Shown piece by piece: positions 26,884 through 36,976 of a stretch of DNA of 36,976 nt. The position numbers were made by a program, and so were the translations under genes. Under the pieces are notes generated by a model. That model ran no database searches. It was not told the DNA's origin and worked only from the letters and a program-made list of their open reading frames with translations. Source of the stretch: an uncultured Hyphomicrobium sp. (GTDB taxonomy: Bacteria; Pseudomonadota; Alphaproteobacteria; Rhizobiales; Hyphomicrobiaceae); assembly GCA_964443205.1 (NCBI GenBank), contig CAYUBZ010000001.1, positions 1 to 36,976 of the forward strand, read 5' to 3'. Position 1 is the first letter of the stretch, and each line of letters opens with the position of its first letter.

Positions 26884-27348
26884 ATGACGGTCGGAAGGCT
26901 GGAACGTTCTCCGATTCACTTGCTGCATCGGGCCGGCCAGTGTGCCAGCGATATCTTTCAGGGAGAGATGGGGGAGGAGGATCTCACGCCGCGCCAATAC
27001 GCGGTGCTGGTGGCGGTTTCCCAAAATGAGGGCGTGAGTCAGACCCATCTCGTCGAGAAGACGGGTGTGGACCGCTCGACCCTGGCCGATATCGTGCGGC
27101 GCATGTTGAAAAAGGGTTTGCTGCAGCGACGGCGCACCAAGGACGATGCGCGTGCCTATGCGGTCAAGCTCACCGAGGAGGGCTGGCGCGTGCTGAAGGC
27201 CGCCGACCCGCTCGCCAGGCGGGTGGACGACAAGATCCTCGCCGCACTTCCAACCCAGCAGCGCGAGCGCTTCCTACAGGACTTGAGCGCAATCGTCCTG
27301 GCGCTCGGCAGCATGCAGGCCAAGAAGGACTACGCCGAGAAGGATTGA
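26884..27348 (+). CDS. MarR-family transcriptional regulator
   Basis: LTPRQYAVL, SQTHLVEKTGVDRSTLADIVRRM and DARAYAVKLTEEG. Start could be 26850-26884. Confidence 0.92.
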   Translation: MTVGRLERSPIHLLHRAGQCASDIFQGEMGEEDLTPRQYAVLVAVSQNEGVSQTHLVEKTGVDRSTLADIVRRMLKKGLLQRRRTKDDARAYAVKLTEEGWRVLKAADPLARRVDDKILAALPTQQRERFLQDLSAIVLALGSMQAKKDYAEKD

Positions 27349-27372
27349 GTCGCCGCGGCCTTCAGATGTCCC

Positions 27373-28401
27373 TTAGGCAGCGTTGGGCAGGAGCTTGCGG
27401 TTGATGATCGTCTCGGCGATCTGCACCGTGTTGAGCGCGGCTCCCTTCAAGAGATTGTCCGCTACGATCCAAAGCGCCAGACCGTTCTCCACGGTCGCGT
27501 CTTCGCGGATGCGCGACACATAGGTCGCGAACTCGCCGGCAGCCTCCACCGGCGTCACGTAGCCCCCCTCCTCGGGTTTGTCGACGACCATGACGCCGGG
27601 AGCGGTCCGCAAGATCTCGCGCGCTTCCTTGGCGCTGAGCGGCTTCTTGAGCTCGATGTTGACCGATTCTGAGTGGCCGACGAATACCGGAACGCGCACG
27701 CAGGTCGCCGTCAGCTTGATACGGGGGTCGAGAATTTTCTTGGTCTCGACCAGCATCTTCCATTCCTCTTTCGTGTAGCCGTCCTCCATGAAGACGTCGA
27801 TGTGGGGAATGCAGTTGAAGGCGATCTGCTTCGCGAACTTTTGCGGCGCGACCTCGGTGCCTGGCACGTACATGCTCTTGGTTTGGCTCCACAGCTCGTC
27901 CATCGCCTCCTTGCCGGCGCCGGATACAGACTGATAGGTCGAGACGACGACGCGGCTGATCCCGGCCGCATCGTGTAGCGGCTTCAGCACGACGACGAGC
28001 TGCGCGGTGGAGCAGTTCGGGTTGGCGATGATGTTCTTCTTGGTGTAGCCCTTGACCGCGTCGGCATTGACCTCAGGCACGATCAGCGGCACGTCCTGGT
28101 CGTAGCGCCAGGCCGACGAGTTGTCGATGACGATCGCGCCTGCAGCACCGATCTTCGGCGACCATTCCTTGGAGACGGTCGAGCCCGCCGACATGAGACA
28201 GAAGTCGACCTTCGAGAAATCGAACTGCTCGAGGTTGTGGCATTTTAGCGTTTTCTCGCCGAACGACACCTCGACGCCCTGTGAGCGCCGGGAGGCGACC
28301 GCAAAGACCTCGTCGGCCGGAAACTTGCGCTCGGCCAGAACGTTCAGCATCTCCCGGCCCACGTTGCCCGTGGCGCCGACAATGGCAACCTTATAGCCCA
28401 T
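27373..28401 (-). CDS. asd: Aspartate-semialdehyde dehydrogenase
   Basis: GATGNVG, DNSSAWR, VPEVN, NPNCST, YQSVSGAG and DNLLKGAALN motifs. Confidence 0.98.
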   Translation of the reverse strand: MGYKVAIVGATGNVGREMLNVLAERKFPADEVFAVASRRSQGVEVSFGEKTLKCHNLEQFDFSKVDFCLMSAGSTVSKEWSPKIGAAGAIVIDNSSAWRYDQDVPLIVPEVNADAVKGYTKKNIIANPNCSTAQLVVVLKPLHDAAGISRVVVSTYQSVSGAGKEAMDELWSQTKSMYVPGTEVAPQKFAKQIAFNCIPHIDVFMEDGYTKEEWKMLVETKKILDPRIKLTATCVRVPVFVGHSESVNIELKKPLSAKEAREILRTAPGVMVVDKPEEGGYVTPVEAAGEFATYVSRIREDATVENGLALWIVADNLLKGAALNTVQIAETIINRKLLPNAA

Positions 28402-28492
28402 CGCTAAACCCTATCGCTTCTGCGGGCGATCACTTACGCGCGGCGGCGCCGGGTTGCAAGGCCTGCCGGGTGCATTGCCGGTCGGGACAAGC

Positions 28493-29608
28493 TCAGGCAG
28501 CGAGCTTGGAGAGCTCCTCGACGATTGCAGCGCCCATCTCGGCCGTGGCCACCTGGCGCATGCCGGGCTGCATGATGTCGGCCGTTCTGAGGCCTGCGGC
28601 CAACGCTCCGGCGATGGCCTGGTCGAGCAAATCGGCCTCCTTGGCCCGGTCGAAGGAGTAGCGCAGCGCCATGCCGAAGGAGGCGATGGTGGCGATCGGG
28701 TTGGCGAGCCCCTTGCCGGCGATGTCGGGCGCCGAGCCGTGCACCGGCTCGTAGAGGGCTTTGCGCTTGCCGGACTTGGGGTCGGACGCGCCGAGCGAGG
28801 CCGAGGGCAGCATGCCGAGCGAGCCCGTCGTCATGGCGGCCTCGTCGGAGAGCACATCGCCGAACAGGTTGTCGGTCACGATGACGTCGAATTGCTTGGG
28901 GTTGCGCACGAGCTGCATGGCGCAGTTGTCGGCGAGGATGTGATTGAGCTCGACTTCGGGCGCATAGGCCTTGTGCGTCGCCGTCACCACCTCGTTCCAC
29001 AGCACGCCCGTGCGCATGACGTTGCGCTTCTCCGCCGAGTGCACCTTGTTTGAGCGCTTGCGCGCCAGGTCGAAGGCCACACGCGCGATGCGCTCGATCT
29101 CGTGCGTGGTGTAGACCTGGGTGTCGACCGCGCGCTGCTGGCCATCCTCCAGCGTGACGATCTCCTTGGGCTCGCCGAAATAGACGCCCCCCGTCAGCTC
29201 GCGCACGATCATGATGTCGAGCCCTTCGACGAGCTCGCGCTTCAGCGAGGAGGCATCGGCAAGGGCCGGGTAGCAGATGGCGGGGCGCAAGTTGGCGAAG
29301 AGGCCCAGCTCCTTGCGCAAGCGCAACAGGCCCGCCTCGGGCCGCACCTCGTAAGGCACGCCGTCCCACTTGGGGCCGCCCACGGCGCCGAAGATCACCG
29401 CGTCGGCTTTTTGCGCTTTTTGCATGGCCGCGTCGCTGATCGCCACGCCATGCTTGTCGAAGGCGGCACCTCCGACGAGATCCGTCTCGATCTCGAACTT
29501 GGCGCCCTTGGCGGTCTTGTTGAAGAAGGCGATGACGCGCTCGACCTCGGCGATGGTCTCGATGCCGATCCCGTCGCCGGGCAGCAGAAGCAAGTGATGC
29601 GTGGTCAT
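28493..29608 (-). CDS. leuB: 3-isopropylmalate dehydrogenase
   Basis: [39 protein letters not shown] and [12 protein letters not shown] motifs. Confidence 0.97.
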   Translation of the reverse strand: MTTHHLLLLPGDGIGIETIAEVERVIAFFNKTAKGAKFEIETDLVGGAAFDKHGVAISDAAMQKAQKADAVIFGAVGGPKWDGVPYEVRPEAGLLRLRKELGLFANLRPAICYPALADASSLKRELVEGLDIMIVRELTGGVYFGEPKEIVTLEDGQQRAVDTQVYTTHEIERIARVAFDLARKRSNKVHSAEKRNVMRTGVLWNEVVTATHKAYAPEVELNHILADNCAMQLVRNPKQFDVIVTDNLFGDVLSDEAAMTTGSLGMLPSASLGASDPKSGKRKALYEPVHGSAPDIAGKGLANPIATIASFGMALRYSFDRAKEADLLDQAIAGALAAGLRTADIMQPGMRQVATAEMGAAIVEELSKLAA

Positions 29609-29683
29609 GACGTGGGCGGTCTCGCGTTGGGTTCGGGGCGCGGTAGTGCTACCCGTCCGACCCTCCGGGGGCAAGCAAAAGGC

Positions 29684-30280
29684 TCAACCGATGAAGGGAA
29701 CGGCGTAGGCGAGGGTGAAGCCGTTGAGCGTCAATATCGTGCCAAAGCTCGCCAGGAGAATGCTCATGACCAGCAGGCTCGTGCCGCCGGTGATGATGGA
29801 CACCGATGCCAGCACGATGGCGATTTGCAAGAGCGCCTGACCATAGTCGAAGTAGGGATCCTTGCGCATGGCGCGGTCGCGCTGCGCCTCGAGCGTCTTG
29901 CCCTTGACCAAAAGCTCTTTGAGCCCCTCGCCGGTGTCGGGCTCGGAGGAGAGGCGCGCCTCGTAGGCCTGGTAGCCTTTGAGCTTGTCTGCGATCGCGG
30001 CGCGGGCGCCATCGGAGAGATCGGGCTCGGTCGCCAGCCGCAGCTCCAGAGTGTCGATCTGCAGGCGAATGTCGTTGCGGCGGATGTTCTTTGCCTGGAA
30101 GAAGGCCCAGGCATTTGCCGCTTCGATGTTGCGCGCGGTCGCGTCTTTGGTCGCGTTCCCGCCGCCGACGCTGCTGATGGCGAGGCCGACGGCCAGAATG
30201 CCGATGTAGACGGCGATCAGCCGGTCGCGGTGCTTGGTGGTGCTCTCCTCGACCGTATCGATGAGATCCTTGAAGGCCAT
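29684..30280 (-). CDS. DUF4337-like membrane protein
   Basis: N-terminal TM, AANAWAFFQAK motif, helical soluble segment and LLQIAIVLASVSI plus C-terminal TM. Confidence 0.75.
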   Translation of the reverse strand: MAFKDLIDTVEESTTKHRDRLIAVYIGILAVGLAISSVGGGNATKDATARNIEAANAWAFFQAKNIRRNDIRLQIDTLELRLATEPDLSDGARAAIADKLKGYQAYEARLSSEPDTGEGLKELLVKGKTLEAQRDRAMRKDPYFDYGQALLQIAIVLASVSIITGGTSLLVMSILLASFGTILTLNGFTLAYAVPFIG

Positions 30281-30292
30281 GGCATATCCCCC

Positions 30293-30967
30293 TCACACGA
30301 CGTCCTCCGGAGGCGCATCGAGGCTCCGGGTGGGCAGCAAGTCCTTGCGCTCGAGAACAGTGCCGTCTGGCGAGAGCTGGTAGACGATCGGAGCTCCGGT
30401 CGCGAACTCGCGGTTGAGGATCTCTTCTTCGCTCAGTCCCTCCAGCGTCATGATGAGTGCCCGCAAGGAGTTCCCGTGCGCCGAGACGATCACGGTCTTG
30501 CCTGCCTTAAGCTCGGCCCAGATCTCCTCTTTATAGTAAGGTATCACGCGATCTGCCGTATCCCTGAGACTTTCTCCGCCCGGCGGGGGCACGTCATAGC
30601 TGCGCCGCCAGAGCTCAACTTGCTCCTCGCCCCACCGCTCCCGCGCCTCGTCCTTGTTGAGCCCGCAGAGGTCGCCGTAGTGGCGCTCATTCAAGGCCTC
30701 GCTGTAACGTATCTCGATCTTGGATTGACCGAGCTCCGACAAGATGATGTCGAGCGTGCGCTGCGCCCGCTTCAGGCGGCTCGTGAATGCAATGTCGAAG
30801 ACGAGGCCTTCCGCTTTCAGCAGACGGCCGGCGACGAGGGCCTCGATCAGGCCCTTTTCCGACAAGTCCGGGTTGTGCCATCCGGTGAACAGATTGCGGC
30901 GGTTCCACTCACTTTCGCCGTGCCGCACGAGCACCAGAGTGTGATTGTGATGGTTTGTCGGCGCCAC
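30293..30967 (-). CDS. gpmA: 2,3-BPG-dependent phosphoglycerate mutase
   Basis: [31 protein letters not shown] and AHGNSLRAL motifs. Start is GTG 30967 or TTG 30982. Confidence 0.95.
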   Translation of the reverse strand: MAPTNHHNHTLVLVRHGESEWNRRNLFTGWHNPDLSEKGLIEALVAGRLLKAEGLVFDIAFTSRLKRAQRTLDIILSELGQSKIEIRYSEALNERHYGDLCGLNKDEARERWGEEQVELWRRSYDVPPPGGESLRDTADRVIPYYKEEIWAELKAGKTVIVSAHGNSLRALIMTLEGLSEEEILNREFATGAPIVYQLSPDGTVLERKDLLPTRSLDAPPEDVV

Positions 30968-30985
30968 GCGACCGGTCCCCAACTC

Positions 30986-31783
30986 CTAGAGCCCCAGCAC
31001 GTCGGACATCGAATAGAGTCCCGGCGCCTTCCCGCGGCCCCAGAGCACCGCCTTGACGGCGCCGCGCGCGAAGATGCTGCGATCGCCGGCGAGATGCGCA
31101 AGCTCGATGCGCTCGCCGGGGCCGGCGAGGATGACCCTGTGCTCCCCGACGACGCTGCCACCGCGCAGGCTCGAAAAACCGATGTCGCCGCGCCGCCTTG
31201 GGCCCGTGATGCCGTCACGGCCTCTGATTGCGTGCGCGTCGAGGGCGATGCCGCGTCCCTGTGCCGCGGCGGCGCCGAGCATGAGTGCGGTGCCGGAGGG
31301 TGCATCGACCTTGTCTCGGTGATGCATTTCCACGATCTCGATGTCGTAGTCGGCGTCCAGGGCCTCGGCGACGCGGCGGGTGATGGCGGCGAGCAGATTG
31401 ACGCCGAGGCTCATATTGCCGGCCTTGATGATGGGCGCGTGACGGGCTGCGGCGGCAATTTGCGCTTCGTCAGCTTCCGTCAGGCCCGTCGTTCCGATCA
31501 CGTGGACGACGCGGCCGCTGGCGGCGAGGCCTGCAAACTCGACGGTGGCCTTCGGCGTCGTGAAATCGAGAATTCCGTCGGATTTGGCGATGATCTCCAA
31601 TGGATCGGCACCGACCGCAATGCCGAGCGCGCCGATCCCGGCAAGCGTTCCGACGTCGGCGCCGATGAGGGGCGAGTCGGGTCGCTCGGCGGCGCCTGAG
31701 ATCGCGCAACCCTGTGTCTGTTGGACCGCGCGAACGAGCTCTTGGCCCATGCGGCCGGCAACGCCCATTACGGCGATCTTCAT
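30986..31783 (-). CDS. dapB: 4-hydroxy-tetrahydrodipicolinate reductase
   Basis: [24 protein letters not shown] and [15 protein letters not shown] motifs. Confidence 0.97.
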   Translation of the reverse strand: MKIAVMGVAGRMGQELVRAVQQTQGCAISGAAERPDSPLIGADVGTLAGIGALGIAVGADPLEIIAKSDGILDFTTPKATVEFAGLAASGRVVHVIGTTGLTEADEAQIAAAARHAPIIKAGNMSLGVNLLAAITRRVAEALDADYDIEIVEMHHRDKVDAPSGTALMLGAAAAQGRGIALDAHAIRGRDGITGPRRRGDIGFSSLRGGSVVGEHRVILAGPGERIELAHLAGDRSIFARGAVKAVLWGRGKAPGLYSMSDVLGL

Positions 31784-32022
31784 CGGATAACCTCGGCTTT
31801 GAACGATGGAGGTGCGCCGCGGTATAGCAACGCACCTGGAGAAGAGGAAGGGCGGCGGTGGCCACCCTCTGTGCGGCTTGTTTTCTACCGCAACTGCGAA
31901 GCGGGGTAGCTGTCGACGGGTTGCAGCCGCGAGCCAGGCGTTCTCGCGCTGCCATGTCGCTCAAGTGTGTTTCTTGAGAAGCTTCGCGTCGAGGTCAAGC
32001 GATGGGTTGTCCCACCGCGGCA

Positions 32023-32532
32023 TCAATCCCAAGAGAATGCGATCTTCTTGAGCTTCCTGCCGCCGAAACGCTCGAAGCCGAACCCGATGGGGCGGCCGCC
32101 GCGGCCCCAGTAGAACTCGGTGGCTGCGGTGTTGTCGGCAAGCGCCCAAACGATGAGACCGCAAAGCTGACGTGTATCGAGCTGGTGGCGGCACGCTTCA
32201 AAAAGACGCTCGCCGAAGCCGAGGCCCTGATGGGTCGGCGTCACGTAAAGCTCGTATATCTCCCCCTCGTGCTCCCCGCGCACGCGGGCCGCGCCGAGCG
32301 TCGCATAGCCTGCCACGCTGCCCGCAACCTGCAGCACCAGAACGCCATTTCCAGATTTTATGGTCGTGCGCCACCACTCAGGCCCACGGCGGCGGATCAT
32401 GCTGTCGAGATGCAAATGGGGAATGATGCCGAGGTACGCCTGACTCCAGCTAAGACGGAACACCTCGCTGAGCGCAGGCGCGTCCGTAAGGTTGCCGCGA
32501 CGGATCTCACAACGTGAACTCTCACCCAGCAT
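32023..32532 (-). CDS. GNAT-family N-acetyltransferase
   Basis: GEIYELYVTPTHQGLGFG acetyl-CoA motif and WALADNTAATEFY. Confidence 0.88.
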   Translation of the reverse strand: MLGESSRCEIRRGNLTDAPALSEVFRLSWSQAYLGIIPHLHLDSMIRRRGPEWWRTTIKSGNGVLVLQVAGSVAGYATLGAARVRGEHEGEIYELYVTPTHQGLGFGERLFEACRHQLDTRQLCGLIVWALADNTAATEFYWGRGGRPIGFGFERFGGRKLKKIAFSWD

Positions 32533-32622
32533 CCGCGACCTCGGTATGCGGCTCGCCACCTTACGCGTTTCATTCCGATTTTGGGGGTAACAGTTTGCTG
32601 AAAGTAGGGCTACAGGAATCTC

Positions 32623-32653
32623 AAAGGGCCCGGGATCAGCTCCCAGGGCCCTT
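32623..32653 (-). terminator. Probable terminator of the phasin gene
   Basis: AAGGGCCC-GGGA...TCCC-A-GGGCCCTT hairpin about 50 bp past the phasin stop. Confidence 0.6.
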
Positions 32654-32703
32654 CTTGTGTGCGGCGATGCAACTAGCAAAGGCTATCCTCTAGAGGAGAA
32701 GTC

Positions 32704-33159
32704 TCAGCCGGCGCTCTTGATCTGGTCGAAGGTCTTGGTGGCGGCGGCATTCATGCTTTCCAGCGTCTGCCGGCCGATCTTGTTCGACAGCTCGAAGAAC
32801 TCTTTGGTCTGCGCGCTCGCAGTTGCGAGCTGCTGCTGGACGAAAGTGGCTTGAAGTCGCGCCATCTCCGGCACCGTCTTGGCCTTGGCCATCGCCTCGG
32901 CCGCATCGAAAGCGGCTTCCGCGTTGGTGCTCGCGTTGTGGAGCATTTTCTCGCCGAAGGTTTTGGCACCTGCCTGAGCGGCGAGCATGATCTCCTGCAT
33001 GGCCTTGACGCCATCCTGGGCGGCCGCGCTCATTTTCGTATAGGCCTCGCGCGACTTGGCGACACTGTCCTCGGCAAACGCCTGGACGTTCTCGGGAATG
33101 CGCGCCTCTTTGGCCGCAGCCATCATGTCCTGTGCCTGACGGGTGAATTGGTCGTTCAT
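32704..33159 (-). CDS. phaP: Phasin (PHA granule-associated protein)
   Basis: Ala/Gln-rich helical protein with IPENVQAFAEDSVAKSREAY and AKAKTVPEMARLQATFVQQQ; GGAGA RBS; PhaR-like boxes upstream. Confidence 0.85.
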   Translation of the reverse strand: MNDQFTRQAQDMMAAAKEARIPENVQAFAEDSVAKSREAYTKMSAAAQDGVKAMQEIMLAAQAGAKTFGEKMLHNASTNAEAAFDAAEAMAKAKTVPEMARLQATFVQQQLATASAQTKEFFELSNKIGRQTLESMNAAATKTFDQIKSAG

Positions 33160-33262
33160 GGGGGTCTCCAATTTGCTTTGGTATGGGCCGACAATTGACG
33201 CGGGCAGCGCATAAGCATCGAGCAGGTTGCATTAGCAAGCACCCGCGAACCTTACGCATTTC

Positions 33263-33318
33263 TATATAGCTCGAATTTTTGTGCATTGCAACATCAAAAA
33301 TTGCTGCGGTGCAACAAA
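33263..33318 (-). promoter_or_regulatory. Sigma70-like phasin promoter overlapped by two PhaR/AniA-like boxes
   Basis: TTGCAA (33286-33291)-N17-TATATA (33263-33268) on the minus strand; TGCATTGCAACA (33282-33293) and TGCGGTGCAACA (33305-33316). Confidence 0.7.
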
Positions 33319-33403
33319 GGCCAAGTTCTCCGTTTTCGGCGCCTCCCCGCGTTCGCCTCAAAACATGCGGAAAACCCGCACCGGGCGCTTTGACGGATCG
33401 CAA

Positions 33404-34744
33404 CTACAGATGTGGAAATCTGTCGCGGTAGCCCATGGCCGAGCGGTCAAAAAGGATATCCGTGGGTCGCAGCGGGCGGGCGAGCGCCAGTCCCTCCATG
33501 GACCGGCACCGCGACAAGGCGACATAGGCCTGCCCATGGGCGAACGTCCCGCGGCCAAGGTCGATGTAGACGCGGTCGAGTGTGAGGCCTTGCGACTTGT
33601 GGATGGTGAGCGCCCAAGCAAGGCGCAGCGGGAATTGGCGGAAGGTGCCGGTGACGTTCTCCACGATCTTCTCGGCGGCCTGGTCGAAGGCGTAGCGGCG
33701 CGCCTCCCACGAGACGGGCTCGATCTCGTGGTCCTTGCCGTCGATCTCGATCCAGACCCGCTTCGGCTCCAATCGCGAGATGCGCGCGACCGTGCCGTTC
33801 ACCCATCGCTTGTCGGGGTCGTTGCGCAGGAGGATGACCTTGGCGCCGGCCTTGAGAAGCAAGGTGGCGTCCGTCGGGTGCGCGGTTGCGCTGAACTCGC
33901 CGGAGATTCCGGCCTCATAGGGTCTCACGTCGCCGGGCAGCGCCTCCAGATACGCCATGTTGATGCGCTGGGCGGCGGCATTGGTCGGCGTGAGGATGAC
34001 AAAAGAATCACCCTCGCCCAGCGTACGGATGGCATGCGTCCGCTCGTTCAAAACCGCGAGATCGTCCTCGCTCGCCTCGCCGTCGCGGACCCGGTTGAGG
34101 ACGCCCAGAAGCGTCTCGTCGCTTTGGCGGAATACGTGCTCGAGCTCGATGAGCGACATGCCCGCCCCCTCGGTCAGGGCCGGCACCTGAAAAAAGAAGG
34201 GTCCGCCGTGTGCGCTGTCGAGATGCTCGGCCACCTCCGCACCCTGAACGACGGGGGGAAGTTGGTGCAAGTCGCCGAACAGAAGCAGGCGCACGCCGCC
34301 GAAGGGTTCGCGCGGGCGCCCGCGGTTCAAACGCAACGATTGGTCAATGGCCCACATTAGGTCGGAGCGCACCATCGATACCTCGTCGATGATGATGAGC
34401 TTCAAGCGGCGCATGAGCCGTCCGTTGCGGCTGCGCCGGATATCGTCGGGGCGGACAAGCCGCGGCGGGAAGCCGAAAAAAGAGTGGATCGTCTGGCCAC
34501 CGACGTTCACGGCCGCAAGCCCAGTGGGTGCCAGCACCACCGCCTCTTGGGTGATCATGTCGCGAAGTGCGCGCAGGAGCGTCGACTTGCCGGTGCCGGC
34601 GCGGCCGGTCACGAAAAGGTGGCCCTCCTCGCGACGGACAAAGTCGAGGGCCGTCAGGAACTGCTGCGGCGTTGCAATGTCGGATGGCCATGTATCATGG
34701 CCAACTTCCTGAGATTGCCGCTCGTCGGGGATTTTGGATGACAC
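33404..34744 (-). CDS. Pif1-family (SF1B) 5'-3' DNA helicase
   Basis: GRAGTGKS, APTGLAA, GGQTIHSFF, IIIDEVSMV, FGG...GDLHQLPPV, FRQ, QFPLRLAWALTIHKSQGLT and GQAYVALSR motifs. Confidence 0.92.
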   Translation of the reverse strand: MSSKIPDERQSQEVGHDTWPSDIATPQQFLTALDFVRREEGHLFVTGRAGTGKSTLLRALRDMITQEAVVLAPTGLAAVNVGGQTIHSFFGFPPRLVRPDDIRRSRNGRLMRRLKLIIIDEVSMVRSDLMWAIDQSLRLNRGRPREPFGGVRLLLFGDLHQLPPVVQGAEVAEHLDSAHGGPFFFQVPALTEGAGMSLIELEHVFRQSDETLLGVLNRVRDGEASEDDLAVLNERTHAIRTLGEGDSFVILTPTNAAAQRINMAYLEALPGDVRPYEAGISGEFSATAHPTDATLLLKAGAKVILLRNDPDKRWVNGTVARISRLEPKRVWIEIDGKDHEIEPVSWEARRYAFDQAAEKIVENVTGTFRQFPLRLAWALTIHKSQGLTLDRVYIDLGRGTFAHGQAYVALSRCRSMEGLALARPLRPTDILFDRSAMGYRDRFPHL

Positions 34745-34853
34745 GCGAGGCCTCGCACCGCTGCCGTGTGCTTAGCAGGACTAGGCCCCGCCTCAAAGCT
34801 TTGCGCCGGCCGAAGGGTCCGGCCGGCGCAGGATTTTGGACGATCGGAGCGGA

Positions 34854-35111
34854 TCAGTCGCGGGTGACGGAGATCACCTTGAAGGCGCTGTCGAGCTTGA
34901 TGTCGTACTGCATGCCTTTGCACTTGGTGTCGTCAACCTCGAAGACGCTGGTTGCCTCGCTCTCTTTCTCATAGGTGCCGCCATCGCAGCCCCATTCGGT
35001 CAGTGCTGCCTTGATCTTTGCCGCCTCGTCGTCGGACGGCTTTTCGTCCGCAAAGGCGGGAGCGCCGCACAGAGCGGCGGCAAAGGCAACGATCATGAGC
35101 TGTTTCATCAT
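34854..35111 (-). CDS. Small exported PepSY-like domain protein
   Basis: GAGGAGGA RBS, signal peptide ending in AFA, and FEVDD.KC...YDIKLD; two Cys. Confidence 0.8.
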   Translation of the reverse strand: MMKQLMIVAFAAALCGAPAFADEKPSDDEAAKIKAALTEWGCDGGTYEKESEATSVFEVDDTKCKGMQYDIKLDSAFKVISVTRD

Positions 35112-35225
35112 GTCCTCCTCCTGTCCAAAGCCACGCTTGCACGTTACGCTATAACACGTCTTCTGCGCCGCAATACAGGCGCGATTCGCGGGATTTTGTC
35201 CCGTTTTTACGGGGAAATTTTCCCG

Positions 35226-36976
<1,751 letters not shown>

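Noticed and set aside
29102-31699. 865-aa plus-strand ORF
   Set aside because: Antisense shadow of leuB, the DUF4337-like gene, gpmA and dapB; typical of GC-rich DNA and without recognisable motifs.
34802-34830. GC-rich hairpin TGCGCCGGCC/GGCCGGCGCA after the PepSY-like gene
   Set aside because: Single copy with only a short U-tract; cannot tell a terminator from a REP-like element.

Overview
GC-rich alphaproteobacterial chromosome segment (Hyphomicrobiales-like gene content and order, inferred from protein similarity). It is mostly housekeeping: yggS end, two ammonium transporters, glnK, aminotransferase-ftsK-lolA, cenR, tesB, ubiH-like, rimM, rpsP, ffh, dapF-mtaB-ftsY, tandem yciB, asd, leuB, gpmA, dapB, phasin, Pif1-like helicase and typA (partial). 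The most unusual part is an accessory hipB-hipA toxin-antitoxin module. Its upstream region holds four copies of a 16-bp palindrome (consensus GTTCCCGATCGGGAAC) at an exact 50-bp period with 34-nt unique spacers, followed by a divergent 39-aa candidate lipoprotein that is absent from the ORF track. Other points of note are a 4-hairpin sRNA candidate with C/U-rich loops after lolA, an ffh leader RNA, a GrlR-like gene inside the rpsP-rimM unit, and a CxCxxCxC mini-ORF divergent from an atypical ZIP transporter. All calls come from reading motifs by eye; no searches were run.
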